The notes below the pieces were generated by a model, which had not been told where the DNA came from, searched no databases, and saw only the letters and a program-made list of their open reading frames with translations. The position numbers were made by a program, and so were the translations under genes. A DNA stretch of 63,614 nucleotides, filler included, from Choristocarpus tenellus KU-1152 (taxonomy: Eukaryota > Protista > Phaeophyceae): assembly GCA_964200185.2 (NCBI GenBank). It is 9 parts of 9 records of this genome, joined end to end, with 100 filler letters (N's around TTAATTAATTAA, not from the genome) between each part and the next. Parts side by side here need not be neighbours in the genome. Positions count along the whole stretch, not along the records: positions 49,212 to 56,380 come from CAXNAD020006587.1; positions 56,481 to 60,793 come from CAXNAD020015163.1; positions 60,894 to 63,614 come from CAXNAD020025316.1; 6 more parts are not named here. One strand, 5' to 3'. Positions 51,801-61,529 of this stretch are shown in pieces (the stretch's first letter is position 1; each line of letters begins with the position of its first letter).

Positions 51801-53178
51801 AGTACAGTAGGACCTGAAAATACTGCAGTATGTTGCTATTAGAAGTGCTGTTTATTTTCAATATATTTGACATGCCCAAATGGCCAACAAAGGAAGTCGA
51901 GTGAACGAGACATCAAATGAGAGCAATGCTTGGTTTGTGGACAATAGGGTATGATATTACAGAGTATACAACAGAGTATTGAGTTCATTGTTCAACGGCT
52001 TGAGAAAGGTTATCGATTGTACTATGAAGTAAGTGAGGGAGGGAGAAATATTGCAGACGAAATCATCCATCTCAGATGTTGTCAGTTGGCGAGAATTTGG
52101 TGTCAAAACGATTCATCAACGGTTGCGATCTTCAAAATTGTTGAACATACACCAGGTGGAAACGTGTGCCACATTAATCAAATAACACGAAAATGATATG
52201 TGGTCTAAAAAAAGCTCCACATCATGTGGAGTACGCAATTAATTAAGAACACAATCATCTTTTGTGTAGGGCGTTGCAAGATGATATGTACAGCAGTTTA
52301 TGTAGTAGCTGGAGCCTGTCTCACTCGCTAGGGAGATATGCAGAGCTCCCTGGTACGACTGCTGGAAACCCTTTTCAGAAAGTGACGATGTTTCTACTTC
52401 ATTGGGCATCATCACTATTGTAACCTGACCTTGTTCAGAAATAAAATTACGTGGAACTAGATGCCTTGAAGGAGGATCATATATCTAAAGTGGGCTGTTG
52501 GTTGTCAATGACTTTCATGCTCAGTCACCCCGGGCAGCTGCAGAGATTAGCACTACCTCTACATATTACTGCTATTGTAACAACAGCAAGAAAGATCATC
52601 GATCAAATAAACGAAGTCACACCCTATTTATATTATGGTATCAGTAATTCCTTGTCGAATACTACCCAAAGATTTTACACAATCAGGAGAAACCACATGC
52701 TATCCGCACCTTATTCTCAATTGCGATCTAGCTCAAACCACTCCAACAAGAACTATGTTGACTCAACCTTGGCCACAGACAAGGAGAGCCTCTTACTTGT
52801 ACTAGGGTCTGTCCACTAGTACAATAGAATCGAATCACTATCCAGTGCACCTCTGCTCTTCAATAGCACGTTACTACACTGACAGAAGTACAGCTTCAAG
52901 CGCACAAAGCAGTCTACAAACCCCTCATCACATACATTTTTCTACCCAATAATGTATTTCGCCCTTTTCCTCCCCCACCCCCAACTGCTAAATTCATTGC
53001 AGCTTTACTTGCCCCAACTCCCCTCTCATCCACTAAACAAAAGAGGAGGACCACATCAAACAAAAAAATAACATTTTAGGAGTCAACAGCAGCTCAACTC
53101 CAGCAATGACAGCATGTCCCCCATCTCTCCTATATTTACTTTCAACTACCTCAATTCGATACGTAAAGCATCGTATGT

Positions 53179-54298
53179 CTATCCAGCTCCCTCTCCTGGA
53201 GCTCCTTTGCTAAACATGCCTGCACTGTTACCACCACGCCCAGAGCTGCTACTGGAATGACCACTGCCACCGGCACTGGCCCCACCACCAACTCCCATGA
53301 GATTGTGAATTACCTTCCGATTCACTCCATCTATACCTCCCAAGCCATTCACAGCAGTGCTCATAACACTACTTCCTCCTCCGACAACACTAACCACCTC
53401 CTCGGCAATACGCTGCCAAGCAAGAAGGGTAGCATGGTGATGAAACAAACAAGGGCAGGGGTGTGACAGGAAAGGATTCAGATTGGACTTGTCCTTCATA
53501 GTACAGCAGCACCGCTCACATCTGAAGTCCTATCAATAAGAGAGGGGGGTACTGCAAAGAGGAGGACAAGGATATATCCCAACACAAAATAATGGATCAT
53601 TGAGAGGCCAAGGAAACTCTTAAATCGTAAGTTTGATTCCTTTGTGAAAAGATTCGCACACCATGGGGACGCATGCATAGGCATATTCATCTCAGGGTAG
53701 AGGCACCCAGCCAAAACAACCTAACCCCTGATAGGAAATCGTCTCTAAAGAGTACTCCTCCCCCCAACAAACCACATGTGAAAGGACAAACTGCTATATA
53801 TATGATACTGTAGTTAAAAATCATGAATGTCACAGAGTCCCTCCCTCATCCTCTATACCACTTGTCCCTTTTGTGGTGCTCCCCTTCCCCTATATGATGT
53901 GCAGAGGCGAGATTTGTCCCTTACAAAATAGGCATCTAAATAGGGTTAGGGCAAGTCGGGCTGACAATATAACTGCCAAAGAAACTATCTACGGTATGTT
54001 GGGTTAAGGTTACTCTTCTCAAACTTGAACTCATACCACTAACTACACACCAACTCTCCCCTAGCAAGTTGGACACTATCTCGGGTTTCTTGGGAATTTC
54101 AATGCCCTGTATGTTGAGGTGTCATGTACTAGAGCCCCATTTTTATTCCTGTTACAAACTGCAACACTGCTCCCTACAAAACATGCCAATAAGAAATTTG
54201 GAAACCTAGAGTGTGTCACTAATCATAGCTCACCTTGACCACACTGAGGGGGATGGAAGGTTGAGGACCAGGTCGAGGAGGTTGAGCTGCTTGACTTG
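53179..54298 (-). CDS. Last two exons of an unidentified gene with a Gly/Ser-rich C-terminus; may or may not be the TPC tail
   Basis: Exons 54298-54234 and 53412-53179 (TAG) join in frame: SQAAQPPRPGPQPSIPLSVVK-RIAEEVVSVVGGGSS...GEGAG, with CAG acceptors and a GTGAG donor. Confidence 0.55.
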
Positions 54299-54556
54299 CT
54301 GTTATGAACATAAAATATCAGAGGGGAGAGGAGAGGTGTGTTGTTTTGTGTTATGTTGCGTTGTGTGCATGTGAGGGGGGAGGAGAACAGGGCAATGGAG
54401 GAAATTTGACTTTTTAAATATTCCAATTTTGTTCGAATTGATTCAGACAATTAGTGCACCAAACGATAGCACTCCTCTTCTCAAGGAATAAAGCGTGTAG
54501 AACTGTTAACCCTAAGTCCATGTCCTGATGGGGAAACAACTCATGCTAATTCTAAA

Positions 54557-54795
54557 TTGTACAGTTACAATTGTACCAAATTGGAAGGATAAATATTGAT
54601 TATAATAAATCTAGCCTTCTCATCGGTTGATTCTGTTCGAATTTTGTCAACCTAACGGAACTGCACAGGTAGTTCCGACTTGTTTAGGAAATTCAAATGT
54701 ACTCAACCCATGAGAAGGCTGGAAGGTTCAATCAGTATGAATTAATTCTAATCTATTTTGGTTCCTCTGATCTGGTACTGTTACAAGTGTACAAT
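54557..54795. mobile_element. Imperfect palindrome of about 240 bp (foldback/MITE-like)
   Basis: CTAGCCTTCTCATCGGTTGA...CGGAACT pairs with AGTTCCG...TCAACCCATGAGAAGGCTGG; outer ends ATTGTACA...TGTACAAT. Confidence 0.7.
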
Positions 54796-56568
54796 AATAA
54801 TAAATCATCTGGATTTTCCTTTTGTTAGCACTGGGTCCAATTGTCCTCGGATAACAATGCCCAGGTATTGAAAAAATCCCACAAAGAACTTTCTTATCCC
54901 TCAAAGAATGTTCTCAGAAGAACGGGGGAAAACTCTTTCACAGTCTCAGCATCTTCCCCATCCCGAAACCATCACCATCCTATGAAGTACAAAAACCCTT
55001 CCATCATTCCCCTCGCCCTGTTCATTACCTTACCCCCCTCTAACCCTAACCCTAACCCTAAGAAGTGAGCAACTCTCGTAGTCTTTCATAAAAAAAGAAA
55101 ATGTACCGATTTACCTGCAGTCATGCCAAAAAAAGAAAATGTACCATCTTTGTGCTTGCGCTTGGCACCTCCCTTTGCCAAAAAAGAAAATGACACGCCT
55201 TGCCTGGAACAACATCTATAAATTCACTTATCATTATATATATATAAAATAAAACAAATGTAACGGTCTATAGAATTTTGCTCCAACATATTTTTTTATT
55301 GGAAAAACTACGGAGATATATTCTACACTCAACACAAAAATATTCAAGAGTCTCATGTACATAAGCCTCAATCACATTAGTATAGCCAGTGCACCTGTGC
55401 AGTGGGAAGGCATTTTGCCTCTTCGGGTACACACAGCACTATAATGCACTGGGCAATATGCCAATTTGCAAAGTAGAAAATATAGGATTGTATTATTCTT
55501 GAAGGCGTTATGAGTATCATAGTACGAAGGTTCCTCATCTATGCTTTGGCAGCTACTTGTGGATGCGATATGTACAAGGATTAGAGTTAGTTCAACAGCT
55601 CTAACCCGACACTATAGAGGCAGTTACAATATACATAGTAGGATTCCCCGACTTGTCCACCTGGCGTTTTTCCAGGGACTCATTAAGTAGTAGAACCTGG
55701 GCTTAACTCTTCGAGAAAATTTGTCCACAATTGTAACCCTCACATCTCTTTCCAGAATGTCAACAATTGTCAGGTTACTACCTTGTCACTACCTTGTCAC
55801 AACCAAGTCCTTAACAAGCCTAGATACACATGACATACACACCAGAAAACATATACCTGCCAGGCGAAGAGAGCATCACCCGAATTCAACAAAAATCACT
55901 ACCACCACAAGAGCCCTTGGTTGAGATATCGATTTCCCCTTTGCTTGTTTGAACCGGACATGGCAGAACCTTTCAAATGTCCAGATCTGTCAATCGAAGC
56001 TTTCCAGCAATTTCAAACTAAATAGCCTTGGCTAAGCAATCACCGTCAAGTCAAGTGCACTGCCAACCAAAGGGCTGCCGAATTCATCTATGTGTGGGCT
56101 CTATGTGGGTATATGGAGAACTACCAATATTAGTTGATACTAATTGTGTTGCTGTGATTCAATCTGATTTAACAACTTTGCCTTATATAACCCTGGAAAA
56201 ACGCCTCTTTTGTTATCAAATACATCCCTGCCCAAAGCAGTCCATACTAGGTAAAATCCAACTAGTCCAAGAAAACAGCATCAGACATTCACTGTGCAAA
56301 AGACTCAACATATTTGGGGGGGGGGGGGGGGGGGGTTTGGGGGGGGGGGCCCTTTTCGGGAGGGGAAGGGGGGGGGGGGGNNNNNNNNNNNNNNNNNNNN
56401 NNNNNNNNNNNNNNNNNNNNNNNNTTAATTAATTAANNNNNNNNNNNNNNNNNNNNNNNNNNNNNNNNNNNNNNNNNNNNCAAATGGACAGCCGCCACCC
56501 CCCCCCCCCAGATACTTTGACCCTATGTATATATCATGCATGTATATTTGTTGTGGTATTTAATGTAC

Positions 56569-58289
56569 CTCTGCTTCGACAAGGTGTTGGTTCTCTTCCA
56601 TGCCTGGGAATTTCCCATCCCCTTCCCCTCCAACAAAGGACAGGTTGGACTGTGTGATGATGAGGACTGTGTTCACCACCAGGATGGCGTCTACAAAGTA
56701 TTCAAACCATTGGGAGTATACCACATCAGAGAGAGTCCCAAACCAATCCGAGAAAAAAACACCTGCAAAAATAAAAATAAAAATATGGATATTATATGTT
56801 TGTGTGTACGAATATTTTATATTATGTGAAGAAATCTCACTTTAAAAATAAAGAAACAACATCGCTTTCTTTTCTATTTTTACAGAGCACGAGATGACCA
56901 ACATGTAGGAATACACATGTTTTCCTACTGTATATAAATGATAAATATATACATATCTTTTAATTTAAAAGGGGCAAGTTGCCAATAAAAACACGGTACT
57001 TAATGCTTTGTATGTACTATTTTTATATTAATAATAGACAAACAAAATTTGACAAAAAATTTGACTAATTTTTTTTTTAAGTGTGTTAAAAACAAAATCA
57101 GTCCAAGCACATCAAACCAATCTTGTACAAAAAAAAATATTGTGAGCATAAGTTCAATTCAAAACACACATTTAAAAATAAAAACAAAGAAAAAGAGTCA
57201 AGTAGTGCTAAGAAAAAGGAAGCAGATACAGACGGCTGATGACAGCCTGTTCTTTTGAAGTGAAGTGCTCGCAAGGAGTTCTCTTAGTGGGATGAGGTCC
57301 TACACCATCAAGGGATTAAATTTATATCCTCCTGCTGCCCCTTAAGCTACCAGGACCGTTTGTCTTGTCTCCAAATAACATAACAACAATAATAAAATAA
57401 ATCACAGTAACAACAATAATAATAATATTGAACTCGAGGGGTCTGAAGACAGTTTCATAAAGATGGTTTTCCGTTTGGTTGGCGGCAAAGTACAGTATGA
57501 ACAATAATAATAGTAATAATAATAACAATAGCAACTACAACAATAATAATAACAACAGCAACAATAATAATAATAATAACAACAGCAATAATAATAATAA
57601 TAATAACAATAGCAACTACAATAATAATAATAATAACAGCATTAATAATAATAATAATAATAACAGCAACAACAACAACAACAATAATAATAACAATAAT
57701 AATAGCAACAACAATAATAATAACAATAATAATAACAAGCTGTTGATGGTATATACACAACTAATTGTCCTGTTTGCGGTCAATACTTGGTTACATCATA
57801 CCTCTCCTCCAACTGACAACTTCCAACATGGAAAAGAGAAAAATAATAATATTCACTTCCATACCGTGCTATATACCGCATGCAACCACCGGCGATCAAA
57901 AGTGGATCATGCATCACGGCTACCAGCCCTTCGCAAAACCTCTCGAGCTGAAGACGTTAAGTTAACACCCACCCCCGCACCATCTCGGTCAAGCAAAGGT
58001 GTACCTTCTAAATGGTTTTAACCACATACTTCTTTTTTTTACTTTCAAAATTTAGTGTTAGGACATTTTAATGGAGAGAGGGGATTCGAACACCCACGGG
58101 TCCTTTTCTTTCTCCCTACACACACACACAAAAAACTAAACTAAACTAAACTAAACTAAACTAACCCTAACCCTAAACCTTCTCACCGGGAAACCACAGC
58201 TCCATGAAGGTGCTAGGCTCCACGCGCTCGAATCGGAGCTGCAGCAAGGTTATTAACGCCTTAAACTCCTCCTGAAATCCCCCCCCCCC

Positions 58290-58383
<94 letters not shown>

Positions 58384-60649
58384 CAAATGTGTTCCCAAAG
58401 ATGAACAAGGGTACATTACCAGAGTCATGTGAGCGGTGTACTATCACAATAGAAGTGCATGTTTACACACCTTTGAAGGCGTATGATCCAACAGTACATC
58501 AGTACGTCAATACAGTACCTGCACTCGGGAAGAGCTTGCTTGAAGAAACGATACGCTATTTGTGTTAGAGGGGCCAATGTTGAGAAAATGTTGTTACCGT
58601 TGGACTTGATGTATAAATCAAATTATTTATATATATATATATATATGTATACATTTCACACTTTACGACAGGAACAGCAGCGGCGTGGGGAAAAATTACG
58701 CCAGGATTAGATAGATAGCAAAACAGTTCTGAAATTTGTGTTCTGAGATACGGAACATTTAAAAATTACGTTAAAAAAAAGCGGACGTTTTTGTCGTCTG
58801 GATGACTGATTGGAGAGGTAGAGAGTTTTAAGCCCATCAGGTGGAGGACAGACAGATCACAACCCTAACCCTAAGTTGGACAACTCTGACAAACACGCTC
58901 CGCTTGGATTAAGAAAAAGAAGGGAAACCGATATCATCCCCTTTCGGGGTTAGGGTTACAGCAGTCATTCTATAATTTAACGTGAAGATCAAAGCGTGTT
59001 ATCAGTACCATGGAATGTGTCATGTTATCAATACTATGGAGTGTGTCATGTTATCAATACCATGGAATGTGTCATGTTATCAATACTATGGAATGTGTCA
59101 TGTTATCAATACCGTGGAATGTATGATGAGTGGAAGCATCTTAGGGTTAGGGTACGAGTTTTGCCCCTTATGTCCGTTTGAGGTTTGGCTTCCCACGGGT
59201 TTTTTATTACATTTTCCTAGTCCGAATTGTTTTGGAGTTTGTAAAATGTGTACGTTTTTGGAGTAGGTATCATGCGTATGTCTGGAACAAGGATATTGAC
59301 ACTTCCTAATAAACACAATGGTCAAAATTGCATCAAATCACAATATTGGATTTTGGCCCCCAAATGGACACAGCTCTATTCTCTAATGTACTTTGACTCT
59401 CATGTTATCAGTATTGTAATGGAAAAAGATGTAGTTAGTTAGTGGTACAGAGTAGTAGTGAATAAGAGTCGGAACATAACGTTGAAAAAAAAAGAAGAGA
59501 GGACAACAGGTTTTTTAAAAAGCATAAATTATATTTCTGTTCTGTATACTCTTCCAGAAAAGAACAAAAATAGTTGGCATTTCTTTTTTGAAGTATGTGA
59601 ATGATGATAATACTACTAGTGATAACAGCAATATCAATTTTTTAAAAGATAACTATAGTTCAAGATCGAATCTCTTCACCTTCTGACTCCAGTTCGTTTT
59701 TATTTTTATTCATGCCAAAGTTTTTTTTAAAGAGAAAAAAAAGTGTACTCTTTGGTTACAGTATGATGTAACTGTATTCTATGTAGCATGTATTAAATAT
59801 ATATATTTTTAAAACGCATGTCTCATTTTTTTATTTTTTAACCTTTCAGAACACACATAAGAAATAAAACTAGTGTAAAAAAAAAAAGATGGTTCCATTA
59901 GGCGTCAGGGGGAGAGGCAATTTAAAACTGAACTTGAAAACACACAATTCACCTTGTTTACTCCCCTGTCGCCATTAGCGTCAACAAGCTGCCATACATG
60001 CAAAGGGGGGATGTGAGAGGACATGTGTGAAACACGCAGGAAGGTGGGTAGGGCAGGGGGTGGTGGGGGGGGGGGGTAAAATACATTATGTGGGAATTTG
60101 TTGCAAAACCACACACACACCTCCTTTTTTCTCAAAGATGTCAGTCAGGTTCTTGACGGCTCAACGGACAAAGAACGCCTTCCCCATACACAGAAACCCC
60201 CTGCGGGTATGCTCCACCCCACTTACAATACCGTACACCAAGGTGGCGAACTAACCAACCATAAGGACCTTTTTAGCTTGCGAGGGCCTCACCTCACCTC
60301 AGGGCCACATAGGCAGCAACAACTCAGCAGCAGCAACGATCAAAATATTCTCACGCTGTCAGTATTTCCAATATCTTTGTCAATATTTCCAATATCTACA
60401 TGTATTGGTGAAGGACGTCAGGGTAACCATCGCCTGACACGTCTCTGTGCTTTTCTTGTGTTCTGAATTTTAAAAAGGAAAAAAATAAATCGTCCACCCA
60501 TCCATCCACCCATCCATCCACACACCTGGAAGAGCAGCTCACGCTGGTCCTCCCGGAGCTTCTGTCTCTCCACCAAACCTATCCTGGTTAGTTCATTGAT
60601 CTCGTCGAGCAGTTCCTCCACCACGCCTGAAGTGATGTCCCCCTTCCCC
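56569..60649 (-). CDS. TPC1: Two-pore channel (TPC1-like): EF-hand linker and start of domain II
   Basis: Phase-consistent exons 60649-60526, 59988-59953, 58271-58187, 56762-56569 give GKGDITSGVVEELLDEIN...RELLFQ-LVDANGDRGVNK-EEFKALITLLQLRFERVEPSTFMELWFP-GVFFSDWFGTLSDVVYSQWFEYFVDAILVVNTVLIITQS. This parallels plant TPC1 (LDD...INKDEF..L...IALRF....PSLFE.FP followed by the first helix of domain II). Confidence 0.85.
57499..57737. repeat. Compound (AAT/AAC)n microsatellite in a TPC intron
   Basis: Read directly. Confidence 0.95.
58997..59122. repeat. 26-bp minisatellite (TGTTATCAATACYATGGAATGTGTCA), about 5 copies
   Basis: Units start at 58997, 59023, 59049, 59075 and 59101; a partial unit resumes at 59400 after the MITE. 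Confidence 0.92.
59128..59399 (+). mobile_element. MITE family A, copy 6, inserted in the 26-bp minisatellite
   Basis: Co-linear with the other copies; flanks TGAT/TCAT. Confidence 0.9.
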
Positions 60650-61254
60650 CTATTATTTAGACGTGTCACACCATAGATACCCATGGAACCGTATCAAGAA
60701 TAAAAAAAAAAAAAAAAAATGAGGGGGGGGGGGGGGGGGGGTGGGATTCACACGTTGCGCCAGTCGTGCATAGAAAAAAAAAAAAAAAAAAAANNNNNNN
60801 NNNNNNNNNNNNNNNNNNNNNNNNNNNNNNNNNNNNNTTAATTAATTAANNNNNNNNNNNNNNNNNNNNNNNNNNNNNNNNNNNNNNNNNNNNAGATGCT
60901 TAGAGATGGGGGGTACTGTCTCAAGGTGGAGAGAGGTACCACTGTTCACTGATGGTTCAAGTGAAAAAATAAAAATAAAAATGTACAGGTAATATTTTTT
61001 TCTATATATATATATATATATATATATACATACACATAATAAAAATGTATGCATATAGATTGTAGGCTTCACAAGATGAAACTAAAAATCCACAAATACG
61101 GTTTGTAATCTAGCTGATTGTACACAAGAGATATTTGTTGAATTGATGCAATTTTTTTCCAATTTGACTCTCCTACATGCTAACCTGCCAATTTAATTTG
61201 CATGCTCCATTACACGTTCATACCAGTGATAGTATATATATATTATATATATAT

Positions 61255-61378
61255 AAGTATGTGTAAGGAAGTATGTGTAAGTTAGTATGTGTAAGTATGT
61301 GTAAGTAAGTATGTGTAAGTAAGTATGCGTAAGTAAGTATGTGCAAGTAAGTATGTGCAAGTAAGTATGTGTAAGTGT
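61255..61378. repeat. Tandem repeat of about 14 bp (GTAAGTATGTGTAA)
   Basis: Read directly; about 9 imperfect units. Confidence 0.9.
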
Positions 61379-61475
61379 ATCCATTCTCCTTGCCTCGGTG
61401 AGGCAGTGGCATCTCAATATTTTTCCCAACCAGAGACAGAGGGTTCAAATCTCGATTCGAACGCTCTCCGGACAC

Positions 61476-61529
61476 TAACCCTAACCCTAACCCTAACCCT
61501 AACCCTAACCCTAACCATAACCCTAACCC
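61476..61529 (-). repeat. Interstitial telomere-like array (TAACCC)9
   Basis: Read directly; one TAACCA variant. Confidence 0.92.

Noticed and set aside
55090-55202. Three spaced AAAAAAGAAAATG repeats as a mini-CRISPR, or an exon QGVSFSFLAKGGAKRKHKD
   Set aside because: The repeat is short and low-complexity with irregular spacing; the exon is phase-compatible but overlaps these repeats, so neither call is supported.
57455-58021. Poly-Asn and poly-Ile ORFs
   Set aside because: They derive from the AAT/AAC microsatellite inside a TPC intron.
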